Of a stretch of 64,000 nucleotides of DNA, positions 1 through 10,300 are shown piece after piece. Source of the DNA: a bacterium BMS3Bbin13. GTDB taxonomy: Bacteria; Pseudomonadota; Gammaproteobacteria; 21-64-14. Position 1 is the stretch's first letter; each line of letters opens with the position of its first letter. The stretch spans positions 634 through 64,633 of the forward strand of contig BDTW01000052.1 in the NCBI GenBank assembly GCA_002897735.1, in the 5' to 3' direction. The translations under genes and the position numbers were made by a program. The notes beneath the pieces are model-generated. The model was not told the origin of the DNA. It saw nothing but the letters and a program-made list of their open reading frames with translations, and did not search any database.

Positions 1-310
1 GGTGTTCGAGGGCGTCTGGGTTGTGGCTGCCATGCGGTGCTTTCGATACGAGGGGTACCGAAAATACACCTCGTGACACGGAGATCCTTCAAAGCCGGCA
101 AAATCATAAGTTACTGATTATGTTTAGATCAGGTGATGCTCGGTATGGTTGGGGATGGTTGTGTCGATTCAAATGGCAAGAAATATGCGCCTGCTGCGAA
201 CCGTGCGCGGATGGTCGCAGGAAACACTGGTGATGAACGCCGGATCTTGACCGCACCTTTGTTGGTGCCGGACGCGCCGAGCATAACCTTACCCCGGCGA
301 CACTGAGGGG

Positions 311-1231
311 TCAGCTCACCAGCGCGATCACCAGCGGCAGGAACAGCATCCCGGCGAGCACCGAGAGCGAGACCAGGGCCGCCGCCAACTCCCGGTCGAG
401 CCCCTCGATCGAGGCGAATATCAGGGTGTTGAACCCGACCGGGGCGGCCGCGCCCAGCACCACGACGGCGCGATCGAGGCCGGTAAGGCCGAAGAGCCGC
501 GCCCAGAGCCATCCCAGCGCCAACCCGCCGCCGGCGCGCAGTATCAGCGTCAGGAGCAAGGCCGCCGACGGGCGCCGCGGGACGCGGAAAAAGATCCCCA
601 TCGCCACCAACACCAGGAACACGGCCGCCCCGCCGCCCCATTGGAGCCCGAGCAACAGGGGGCCCGGGACCGGCGCGCCGCCCAGGTTGAGCGCAAGCGC
701 CGCGGCCATCGCCCAGAACGGCGGAAACCGGCCCATCGCCCGCAACACCGGGCGCAACCCCGCCTCCCCGCGGCCGTACCAGGCGGCGATGGCGTAGACG
801 AGCGTCAGCACCAGCACGCCGTTACCGAAGTCGAAGAACGCCAGGTGTCCGGCCCCCGCCGGTCCCCATGCCGCGAAGGCGAACGGGTAGACCACCGCGA
901 GATTCATGATCATCGAGCCGACGATCTGCACCCCGCGGCGCGCCGGCGGGAGCGCCAGCGGGCGTCCCAACGCCGCCGCCAACCCCCACATGACGAGGAT
1001 CGTGAGCCCGGCGGCGAGCGGCAGTCGCGCGATTCCCGGTGTGAGCGCCAGCGGCGTCACCGTGCCGAGGATCAGTGCCGGCATCCCGTAGCGCACCACC
1101 CAGGCGAGCAGGCGCTCGCCGTGCGCCGGCCCCACCCAGCCGAGCCTGCGAGCCGCCGCTCCGGCGATAAAGGCGAGCGCCACCGGCGCGAGCCGCAGGG
1201 CCAGGCCGACGATGGTGGTATCCTCCATCAT
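311..1231 (-). CDS. AEC-family (auxin-efflux-carrier / malate-permease-like) membrane transporter
   Basis: 306-aa ORF, about 10 hydrophobic helices, Gly/Ala/Leu-rich two-lobe permease layout typical of the AEC/MleP family; family call rests on composition and architecture only. Confidence 0.55.
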   Translation of the reverse strand: MMEDTTIVGLALRLAPVALAFIAGAAARRLGWVGPAHGERLLAWVVRYGMPALILGTVTPLALTPGIARLPLAAGLTILVMWGLAAALGRPLALPPARRGVQIVGSMIMNLAVVYPFAFAAWGPAGAGHLAFFDFGNGVLVLTLVYAIAAWYGRGEAGLRPVLRAMGRFPPFWAMAAALALNLGGAPVPGPLLLGLQWGGGAAVFLVLVAMGIFFRVPRRPSAALLLTLILRAGGGLALGWLWARLFGLTGLDRAVVVLGAAAPVGFNTLIFASIEGLDRELAAALVSLSVLAGMLFLPLVIALVS

Positions 1232-1387
1232 GGCCGCGCAGTCTACCGCGTCCCGCTCTCCGCGAACCTATTGGGCGTATAACGGTCTCCTCGAATGACG
1301 ATGCGCCTCCGATGCGAGGGGCACGGGTCGCGGACACCGAGTACCGGCACGGCTGCCGCCGGCCGATGGTGCGGGGGCCGGAATTTC

Positions 1388-2806
1388 ATGCACAGCCCCC
1401 CCGGCGGACCCGGACAGCCACGAAGAACGACAAGGCGAGTCATCATCCACGCACCCCCCGGACCCGGTCGCCCCCTGCGCCTCTGGTCGACGCTGTCGAT
1501 CGGCATCGGCGGGATGATCGGCGGGGGTATCTTCGCCGTCACCGGGTTGGCGATCGAACTCACGCGCGGTGCGGTTCCGATCGCGTTCGCCGTCGCAGGG
1601 GTGGTGGCGTTGCTCACCGCCTACAGCTATCTCAAGCTCACGTTGCGCTATCCGAGCCGCGGCGGTACGGTCGAATTCATCAACCGCGCCTACGGCAGCG
1701 GCGTATTCACCGGTACCCTCAGTATCCTCCTGTGCCTGAGCTACGTGGTGTTGCTCGCGGTCTATGCCTACGCCTTCGGTGCCTACGGCGCCGGACTGAT
1801 CGGTGCCGTCCCCGGCCCGATCCTGCGCGATGCGCTCGGCAGCGGCGTGCTGGTCGCGCTCGCGGCGGTCAACTTTTTCAGCCCGCACCTCGTGGTACGT
1901 AGCGAAAACCTCTTCAACGTGCTCAAGTTGACGCTGCTCGCCGCCTTCGTGCTCGCGGGCCTGATCGCCCCGGCGCATTGGGGGCGCTTGGCGCCGGCCG
2001 GGTTCGTCGGCCCCTGGCCGCTGTTCAGCGGTGCGATGATCATCTTTCTCAACTACGAGGGCTTCGAGCTGATCGCCAACGCCGCGCCCGACGTCGAACA
2101 CCCGCGCCGCACTCTGCCGATCGCCTATCTGGGCGGCGTATCGATCGTACTCGTCGCCTACGTGCTGATCGCGCTGGTGACGGTGGCCCACCTCGACTTC
2201 GCCGCCGCCGCACGGCACTCGGACAACGTGCTGGCCGCGGCGGCGGCGCGCTTCCTGGGGGCGCCCGGCGCGGTCCTGATCGCGCTCGCCGCGTTGCTTG
2301 CCACGAGTTCGGCGATCAATGCGACCTTCTACGGATCGGGCCGCCTGACCTACCTCATCGCCCGCTACGGCGAGTTGCCCGCGGAGTTCGAACACAACAT
2401 CCGCAACCAACCCGTCGAGGGGTTGGCCGCGTTCTTGATCCTGGCGCTCCTGATCCTGAATCTGGTCCCGTTGAACGCGATCGCCACCATGGGCAGCGCC
2501 GGTTTCCTGCTCGTGTTCGCCGCCGTGAACCTCGCCTGCCTGCGCTTGGCGGGTGAAGTCGGTGCGAGCCGCATTCTCGCCCTCGCCGGGGTGATCGCGT
2601 GCGCGGGCGCCTTCGTCGCGCTGGTGGCGCAGATCGCGGCGAACCCGGCCACGCGCGGTCAGGTCGGGGTGCTCGCGGGGATGATCGCGCTCTCCTGGTT
2701 CATCGAGGTGGTCTACCGGGGCGTCACCGCACGCGAGGTGCACATGGGGCACCGCACGGCGCCCGCCCTCACCGAACCCCTCCCCCGGGGCGGTCGCAGG
2801 CCGTGA
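1388..2806 (+). CDS. APC-superfamily amino-acid permease
   Basis: ORF 1295..2806; TM1 signature LWSTLSIGIGGMIGGGIFAVTG and 12-TM APC layout; start ambiguous (first ATG about 1388); stop TGA overlaps the GTG of the next gene (GTGA). Confidence 0.6.
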   Translation: MHSPPGGPGQPRRTTRRVIIHAPPGPGRPLRLWSTLSIGIGGMIGGGIFAVTGLAIELTRGAVPIAFAVAGVVALLTAYSYLKLTLRYPSRGGTVEFINRAYGSGVFTGTLSILLCLSYVVLLAVYAYAFGAYGAGLIGAVPGPILRDALGSGVLVALAAVNFFSPHLVVRSENLFNVLKLTLLAAFVLAGLIAPAHWGRLAPAGFVGPWPLFSGAMIIFLNYEGFELIANAAPDVEHPRRTLPIAYLGGVSIVLVAYVLIALVTVAHLDFAAAARHSDNVLAAAAARFLGAPGAVLIALAALLATSSAINATFYGSGRLTYLIARYGELPAEFEHNIRNQPVEGLAAFLILALLILNLVPLNAIATMGSAGFLLVFAAVNLACLRLAGEVGASRILALAGVIACAGAFVALVAQIAANPATRGQVGVLAGMIALSWFIEVVYRGVTAREVHMGHRTAPALTEPLPRGGRRP

Positions 2807-4233
2807 CGAGCACGCCCGAATCCGCCACCGCGCGCCGCAAAGCGCCGCAAGGCCGCCTCGGCGTCGCGACGCTCACCATGATGACCGCGGCGCTGTTCCT
2901 GACGCTGCGCAACATGCCGATGATGGCGGCCACCGGCCTGCAGATGGTCTTCTTCAACGCCGTTACGGTGTTCGCGTTTCTCATCCCCATCGCGCTGGTA
3001 TCCGCGGAGCTGGCCACGGCGTGGCCGAAGAACGGCGTGTTCCACTGGGTCGAGGAGGCGTTCGGCACGCGCTGGGGGTTGGTCGCCGTGTGGTTGCAAT
3101 GGGTCCAGAGCCTGTTCGGGATCACCTCGATCCTCTCCTACGCGGCCGCCGCACTCGCCTATGCGGCGGCGCCGTCGCTGGCCGGGTCGCGCGGCTACAT
3201 CGTGGCGGTGATCCTCATCATCTATTGGGCCGCGACCTTCGCCAACCTGCACGGTGCGCGGCTGTCCGGACTCATCAGCAGCGTGTGTCTGGTGCTCGGC
3301 GTGCTGTTGCCGGCGATCGTGCTCATCGTGCTCGCCGGTCTCTACGTGGCCTCGGGCGCTACGCTGCATCTCGATCTCGCGTTGCGCCCCGGCAACTGGC
3401 TGCCGTTGAACCATGTGCGGCACGGCCTGCTGCTGTTCCTGAGCTTCATCTTCGGCGTGGTCGGCATCGAGGTTTCCGCCTCGCACGCGCGCGAGGTCCG
3501 CGACGTGCGTCGCAATTACCCGATCGCGGTGTTCGCCGCCGCGATACTGGGGTTCGTGTTGACGCTGCTCGGCGGACTGGCGGTCGCCGCGGTCCTGCCG
3601 GGCGCGCAGATCGACCTCGTCTCCGGGGCGGTCCAGGCGCTCGCGGCCCTCTTCGGGCATTTCCACCTTGCGTGGCTCGCGCCCCCGACCGCCGCGCTGG
3701 TCGCACTCGGCGCCGCGGGGCAGGTCAGTACCTGGGTGGTGGGTCCGATCAAGGGCCTGTGGGCGGCGGGTCGGGCGGGAAACCTCCCGCCCGTACTACA
3801 GGAGGTCAACGAGCACGGCGTGCCGCGCAACCTGCTCTTCGTGCAGGCCGTGCTGATGAGCGCCGTGGCGCTCACGTTCCTGGTGATCCCGTCGGTGGAC
3901 ACCGCGTTCCTGTTGCTGACCTCCGCCGCGGTGGTGCTCTACGCGGCGATGTACCTGCTGCTCTTCGCCGCGGCGATCCGACTGCGCTACACTGAGCCCG
4001 ACGCCGCGCGCCCGTACCGGGTGCCGGGCGGGCGCAATTGGGGACTGTGGTTGGTTGCGGGTACCGGCTTCACGACCACGCTGGCGTGCCTGCTGATCGG
4101 CTTCATTCCGCCCGGCCCCGGGATTTCGCCCGTCGCCTACCGCGTAGCGATGCTCGCCGCACTCGGTGTGATGCTGTTCATCCCGTTGGCCCTGTATCGC
4201 TGGCGGCGCCCCGCGTGGACCCGTGCGGCCTGA
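2803..4233 (+). CDS. gadC: glutamate:GABA antiporter (GadC family, APC superfamily)
   Basis: Blocks align with E. coli GadC: [20 protein letters not shown] vs [32 protein letters not shown] vs [23 protein letters not shown]...NEHGVPR vs SWIVGPSRGMY...NKNGVPV; lies immediately upstream of gadB; start either GTG about 2803 or ATG about 2878. Confidence 0.7.
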   Translation: [476 protein letters not shown]

Positions 4234-4272
4234 CGGGATTCGTGGACGCTCCCATCCCTTTCGGAGACGAAC

Positions 4273-5655
4273 ATGGTCAAGAAGCTCGTGCCCCTGGATG
4301 ATCCGAACACCGAGTTCACCCCCACCTACGGGTCGCGGCTCATGGCCCGGCCGATCCCCAAGTACGTCCTCCCGGAGCAGGGCATGGCGCCGGCGGCGGC
4401 CTATCAGCTCGTCCACGACGAACTGATGCTCGACGGCAACGCGCGGCTCAACCTCGCCACCTTCGTCACTACGTGGATGGAGCCGGAGGCCGAGCGGCTG
4501 ATGGCCGAAACCTTTTCCAAGAACATGATCGACAAGGACGAGTATCCACAGACCGCCGAGATCGAGCGGCGTTGCGTGAACATGGTCGCGCGGCTGTTCC
4601 ACGCGCCCGAGGCCGGGCATCCGGTCGGCGTCTCGTCGATCGGCTCCAGCGAGGCGATAATGCTCGCGGGCATGGCCCTGAAGTGGAACTGGCGCAAGCG
4701 GCGCACCGCCGCCGGCGCGGATACTACGCGACCGAATCTGGTGCTGGGCGGCAACGTGCAGGTCGTATGGGAGAAGTTCTGCCGCTACTGGGAGGTGGAG
4801 CCGCGTTACATCCCGATGACCGAGGGGCGCTACGTCATCACACCCGAGGAGGTGGTGCGGCGCATCGACGAGAACACGATCGGCGTGGTGGCGATCCTCG
4901 GTACCACGTTCACCGGGGAGTTCGAGCCGATCGAGGCGATCCACGATGCGATCGTGCGGCACAACGAGGCCCGCGGGCTGGAGGTCCCGTTGCACATCGA
5001 TGCGGCCAGCGGCGGGTTCGTCGCGCCGTTTCTGCACCCGCGGCTGCGCTGGGACTTCCGGCTGCCGCAGGTGGTCTCCATCAACGTATCCGGCCACAAG
5101 TACGGGCTCGTCTACCCGGGCATCGGTTGGGTGGTATGGCGCGATGAGCAGCACCTCCCGGACGATCTCGTGTTCCACGTCAACTATCTGGGCGGCGACA
5201 TGCCCACCTTCACGCTGAATTTCTCGCGCCCGGGCAACCAAGTGGTGGGGCAGTACTACAATTTCCTGCGCCTGGGCCGCGCCGGGTACACGCGCATCCT
5301 GGCGAATCTGCGCGATATCGCCCGCTATCTGGCCGGGCGTGTGGTCGCGATGGGTCCGTTCGAACTGCTCAGCGACGGCGACGCAATCCCGGTGTTCGCG
5401 TTCCGGCTGAAGGACGCGGCGCGCTACTCGGTGTACGACATCTCCGAGCGTCTGCGCGTGCGCGGTTGGCAGGTCCCCGCCTATACCATGCCCCCGGACG
5501 CGGAGGGGATCTCGGTGCTGCGTATCGTGATACGGGAGGGCTTCTCGCGCGACATGGCCGAACTGCTGATCGGCGATCTCGAGCAGGCGGTCGAGTCGCT
5601 GGAGCATAGCCCGCCGCGCACCCCCGCCGGTCCGTCACAGCACTTCCACCATTAA
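4273..5655 (+). CDS. gadB: glutamate decarboxylase (PLP-dependent)
   Basis: 460 aa, collinear with E. coli GadB end to end: LDGNARLNLATF, MIDKDEYPQTAEIERRCVNMVARLFHAP, SINVSGHKYGLVYPGIGWVVWRDE (PLP-lysine motif), FTLNFSRPGNQVVGQYYNFLRLGR, His-rich C-terminal tail. Confidence 0.92.
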   Translation: MVKKLVPLDDPNTEFTPTYGSRLMARPIPKYVLPEQGMAPAAAYQLVHDELMLDGNARLNLATFVTTWMEPEAERLMAETFSKNMIDKDEYPQTAEIERRCVNMVARLFHAPEAGHPVGVSSIGSSEAIMLAGMALKWNWRKRRTAAGADTTRPNLVLGGNVQVVWEKFCRYWEVEPRYIPMTEGRYVITPEEVVRRIDENTIGVVAILGTTFTGEFEPIEAIHDAIVRHNEARGLEVPLHIDAASGGFVAPFLHPRLRWDFRLPQVVSINVSGHKYGLVYPGIGWVVWRDEQHLPDDLVFHVNYLGGDMPTFTLNFSRPGNQVVGQYYNFLRLGRAGYTRILANLRDIARYLAGRVVAMGPFELLSDGDAIPVFAFRLKDAARYSVYDISERLRVRGWQVPAYTMPPDAEGISVLRIVIREGFSRDMAELLIGDLEQAVESLEHSPPRTPAGPSQHFHH

Positions 5656-5750
5656 GCCCGCGCGAGCGCGCTCGGGTCTCCTCCCGCGCGCGGATGCGGC
5701 GTATCATTTCTGCCGGCAGCCTGTCGGAGTCCGAACGGAGGGTACGCGGC

Positions 5751-6587
5751 ATGCGCGCGAGCAGGGTGTTCTACGGGGTACTGGTGCTCGTCTTGCTCGG
5801 CGGCGCCGGTGCGGCCGGCTACTGGTACCGGTCGAGACCGGTTCTCGAGGGGCGCCCCCCGGTGCGCGCGCCGGTGCCGGCGCCCGTCAAAGAGCCGCTG
5901 GTCCGCCACCCGATCCCGCCGCCGTCGGCGCCCGCGCCATCCGTCCGCGGCGCACCCGGCACGGTGTCGGCGCCGCTGGCGCCCCCCGCGTTGCCGCCGC
6001 TGGATCGTAGCGACTCGGCCCTGAAACGGGCGCTCGCCGGACTCGTGGGGCGGTCCCGGCTGGAACGCCGGCTGCGCCTCAAGGAGATCGTCCGGCGCGT
6101 GGTGGTGACCGTCGACAACGTGTCCAAACGCCGACTGCCGTTGCGCTACCTCCCGTTGCGCCCGGTGCCGGGGCGACTCGAGGTGCGCCGTATCGGCGGT
6201 CCGACGGCCGATCGTTACGTCCTCAGCGCGAAGAATTACGCGCGCTATACCCCGTACGTGGATTTGTTGGAGGCGATCGATCCCAAGCGGCTGGCCGCCG
6301 TCTATATCCGCTTCTATCCGCTGTTCCAGCAGGCGTACCGGGATCTCGGCTACCCCTACGGGTACTTCAACGATCGCCTGGTCCGGGCGATCGGCGTCCT
6401 GTTGGCCGCACCCGAGCTGTCCGGTCCGGTGCGGCTGGTGCGCCCCAGTGTGTACTACAAGTTCGCCGACCCGCGCCTCGAGGCCCTGCCTGCGGGGCAG
6501 AAGGTGCTCATCCGCATGGGGCCGGAGAACGAGCGGCGCGTGAAGCCCTGGCTGCGCGCCTTCCTGCGGGCGACCGAGCGGCATTGA
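5751..6587 (+). CDS. DUF3014-like membrane-anchored protein (N-terminal TM helix, Pro/Ala-rich linker, conserved C-terminal domain)
   Basis: ORF 5694..6587; ATG about 5751 is preceded by GGAGGG RBS; N-terminal helix VFYGVLVLVLLGGAGAAGYWY; C-terminal domain with YVDLLEAIDPKRLAAVYIRFYPLFQQAYRDLGYPYGYFNDRLV resembles the DUF3014 family (recalled from memory, not verified). Confidence 0.5.
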   Translation: MRASRVFYGVLVLVLLGGAGAAGYWYRSRPVLEGRPPVRAPVPAPVKEPLVRHPIPPPSAPAPSVRGAPGTVSAPLAPPALPPLDRSDSALKRALAGLVGRSRLERRLRLKEIVRRVVVTVDNVSKRRLPLRYLPLRPVPGRLEVRRIGGPTADRYVLSAKNYARYTPYVDLLEAIDPKRLAAVYIRFYPLFQQAYRDLGYPYGYFNDRLVRAIGVLLAAPELSGPVRLVRPSVYYKFADPRLEALPAGQKVLIRMGPENERRVKPWLRAFLRATERH

Positions 6588-6708
6588 GGCCGCGCGTGCG
6601 ATCGTCGCGCTTTCCCGGTTTGTCCCGAGCCTGCCGGACTTGGGAGGTTCTACTGCGGCGACGGGTCGTTGGTGGAGCCGGCTCGCCCCGAACCGGTATA
6701 CTGCGTCC

Positions 6709-7365
6709 ATGAACGAAGACGCCGTCACCCGATTGAACGTCGAACGTTTCAATGCCGTCGCCGGCTCCTGGGACGAGAACCCCGTGCGTGTGGAGCTTGC
6801 ACAGGCGGTCGCGCGCGCGATCGCCGAGGCCGTCCCGTCGACGGCGCAAACCCGCGCGATGGAATTCGGCTGCGGCACCGGGCTGGTGACGGCGCTGCTC
6901 GCGCCGGGTCTCGGCCATGTCGTGGCGGTGGACAGCGCCGCGGGCATGCTCGATGTGCTGCGCACCAAGGTGCGTGAATTGGGGCTCGACAACGTCGAGC
7001 CGCTCGAGATGGATCTGGCGCAGTCGCTGCCCGAGGGTCCGTTCGACCTGATCTTCAGCGGCATGACCCTGCATCACATCGAGGACGTCCCGGCGCTGCT
7101 CGCACGGCTGCGCGGGCTGCTCGCCCCCGGCGGCCATGTCGCGCTCGCGGACCTCGAGCGGGAGGACGGTACCTTCCACGGCGACGCCCCCGGGATCATG
7201 CATCACGGCTTCGATCCGTCGAGCGTGGCGGGCTGGCTCGCCGAGGCGGGCTTCGACGAGGTGCATACGCGCCGCGTGCACGTGGTGCGCAAGACCGGGT
7301 CCGACGATCGTCCCCGCGAGTACCCGGTGTTTCTCGCCGACGCGCGCCGCGCGGCGGGTCGGTAG
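6709..7365 (+). CDS. class I SAM-dependent methyltransferase
   Basis: Motif I EFGCGTGLVTALLA, post-I VVAVDSAAGML, motif II FDLIFSGMTLHHI, LAPGGHVAL; first in-frame ATG about 6709. Confidence 0.75.
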   Translation: MNEDAVTRLNVERFNAVAGSWDENPVRVELAQAVARAIAEAVPSTAQTRAMEFGCGTGLVTALLAPGLGHVVAVDSAAGMLDVLRTKVRELGLDNVEPLEMDLAQSLPEGPFDLIFSGMTLHHIEDVPALLARLRGLLAPGGHVALADLEREDGTFHGDAPGIMHHGFDPSSVAGWLAEAGFDEVHTRRVHVVRKTGSDDRPREYPVFLADARRAAGR

Positions 7366-7391
7366 AGGCGCCGCGGCCGGCCCGGGCGTCG

Positions 7392-10300
7392 TTACGCAAT
7401 CAGTAGTTCCTCCAGGCGGTGCGGGCGTTCCACCGCGTAGCCCTGCGCGTAATCCACGCCCAGCCCGCGGAGCAGTTCGATGCTCCGCTCGCTTTGTACG
7501 AACTCGGCGATCACCGCCTTCTCCATGAAATGGCCGACTTCGCACATCGACTTCACCACCGCGAAGTCGCTGGTGTTCTCGGCGAGATCCCGGACGAAGG
7601 CGCCGTCGATCTTCAGGAAATCGACCGGGAGGTTCTTCAGATAGGCATAGGAGGACATGCCGCTGCCGAAGTCGTCGAGCGAGAACTTGCAGCCCGTACT
7701 CTTGATGACGTTGATAAAGTCGCTCGCATCCGACAGGCTTGCGATGCCGGCGGTCTCGGTGATCTCGAAACAGATCCGGTGCATCGGCACGCCGGTGCGC
7801 GCGGCCTGCTCGTTGACGTAGCGGATGAGTCGCTCGTCGTTCAACGACGGGCCGGACAGATTGATCGTGAAGCCGCCGATCCCGAGCAATTCGTCCTCGT
7901 GGTGTGCGATCCACTCGAAGGCGTTGCGGATCACCCAACGGTCGACCTCGATGATCCGGCTGTAGTGTTCGGCCGCCCTGATGAATTCCTGCAACGCCAT
8001 TTGTCCGCTGAGTTCGTCGGAGAGTCCGAGCAGCAGTTCGTACCAGACCTGCTGGGAGATGTGCTCCTGGAGGGGGACGATCTTCTGGCAGCGCAGATTG
8101 AGCGCGTCCTCGTCGAGCGCGCGGTCGATCAGCATCGCCCACTTCATCTCTTCCCTGCGCCGCGACAGGGCCGCGTGGCGCGAGTGGTAGATTTGAGTGC
8201 GCCCGCCGCCCTTCTCCTTGGCGACGCCGCAACTGCTCTCGGCGGCCTGCAGCAGTGCGGACTCGTTCTCCTCGTGCGCGTGGATACCCACCAGGCCGAC
8301 GCTCACCGATATCGAGAGGCGCTGGTCGCGCCACGACACGCGGTGCCCGTGCAGCTCCTCCATCTGCGCCTCCACGACGCCGAGCGCCTGGTCGACCGAG
8401 TGGTCCCGGAGCAGGATGGCGAACTGATCGGGGCCCACGCGGCCCAGTGTGTGATCGGCGCCGATGCGGCTCTCCAGGAGTGCGGCGAGGTCTTTGAGCA
8501 GCGCATCGCCCGCCTCGTAGCCGAGGGTGTTGTTCACGACCTTGAACTGGTCGATGTCGAGGAACACGAGCGCATGCCGACGCTCGGTGTATTTCGCCCC
8601 CGCGACCGCTTCGGCGAGGCACTTCTTGAACTGCACGCGATTGATGAGCCCGGTGAGCGGGTCGTGGGCGGCTTGATAGAGAAGCTGGCGGTGCAGCTTC
8701 TGCAGCATGCTGTATTGTGCGCGGTCCATGGCGGGCTCGTCCGCGGCGTCGAGGACCACGGCATCGCCGTCGTGCAGCAGCGCGGCGAGTTGCGCCTCGC
8801 CCACGATCCGCTCCTTGCGCCCCAACACGTTGACGAATACGTACTTGGCCGAATGGGGCGCGATCCAGGCCGTCTTGAGACGCTTGGGTTCGGCGCGGCG
8901 GGCGTCGAAGAGGATCCAGTGCCCCTCCTCCAATCGTCGCACCCGGCGCAGCCATTCGTCGGTGTCTTCGGTATCCGGGCGCTGTCGCGCCTGCGGCGCG
9001 GGCTCCTCGGTCGGTTCTCTCCGGACGCACTCGGCGACCACCTCGCCGAGGTTCTTTCGATAGGTATCGTTCTGTACCCGCAGCAGCAGGTCCAGTTGCC
9101 GGGCGACCCGATGGAACACCGCGGTGGTCCCGTCGAACTCGGTGTTGATCAGGTTGACGATCCACCGGAAGGCGTGCTGTAACGCCGCTCGTTCCCGTTC
9201 GTTCTCCGAGTCGGCCAGTATCTCCAGTTCCGAGAGCTTGTTGATCACCTGCCGGACGACGTGGTTCTTGTCGAGGAACAACCGGTCGTCGAGCAGCGCC
9301 ATCTTCAGCACCGGCACTTCGAGCTTCTCGATCCAGGGGCGCACGCTGCGGGCGACCTGCAGGTCGGTGAGCAGAGAGGCGAACAGGTTGCCGGCGACGT
9401 CGATGACGCGCCCCTGGTGCTCGGGAATGTCTTTGGACGCGGCGCCGTGCGCGCCCCCCGCGAGCACCGTCTCGAGTTCGCGGCGCACATCGACCGTCCC
9501 CGAAGCGCCGCTCGACGCCGCCAGTTGCCGGCGGAACTCGGGGCTCGAGAGCGCCTCGAGCAGTTCGGTCGTGTTGTAGGGGCGGGCCGTCGCCGGGCCC
9601 GCGGCGGTGGAAGCATGTGATGGGGTGCTGTCACCCGCCGCCGGCCCCGCGGCAACTCCGGCCTGCGGTACGGAACGACCGAGCCGGCTTTGCAGTGAGC
9701 GCAGGTCACCCACCAATTGATACAGATCCGGTACCGACACCGTACCGGCCCCCGCGGGCCGGTACGCCGCCGGATCGCTCGAGGCCGCGGCCCCGCCCGG
9801 GCCGGTGCCGGTGCTGGGACCGGGTGTGGCGGAGGGGGTATCGGGCGCATCCACCGCAGACGGCACGTCGCCGGGCGCCGGGCCCCCCGCGTCCGCCCGG
9901 GTCTGCGGGGGCTGCGTTCGGGGTTCACCGGCGCGCTTGAAGGAAAAGGTCAGATTGGGCAGTACGCCCTGCTCGATCAGAAAATCGTTGAGGGCGCCAT
10001 AGAGTTGTCCGGCGACGGTATGCGCCCCGGCCTTGAGGGCCTTGTAGCACACCAGTTTCGCGCTGTGGGCCAGGTCCAGGGACGCGATCGCCTCCTGGAG
10101 CGATTCGGCGAACAGCGCGGGACCATAGGGGTTGTTGCGATCGTTGATCGGCGTGCCGAGGACCAGGCTCAGGCGCCGGGTAAGGGCGGTCAACGTCTCG
10201 CGGTGTTCGGTCTCGACCTTGCCGACGAGGCCCGTGATGGAGAGCCATTCCTCGAATGCCTGCGGTTCCACGAGACTGAGGGAATCGGACGCAGGCATCG

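Noticed and set aside
5652-7064. 470-aa minus-strand ORF
   Set aside because: It overlaps the DUF3014-like and methyltransferase genes and is a low-complexity Ala/Arg/Ser-rich artefact.
6508-9165. 885-aa minus-strand ORF and the 587-aa plus ORF 7419..9182
   Set aside because: They overlap the motif-rich PilZ-GGDEF-EAL gene and the methyltransferase. The composition is low-complexity Arg/Pro/Gly with no domain signatures.
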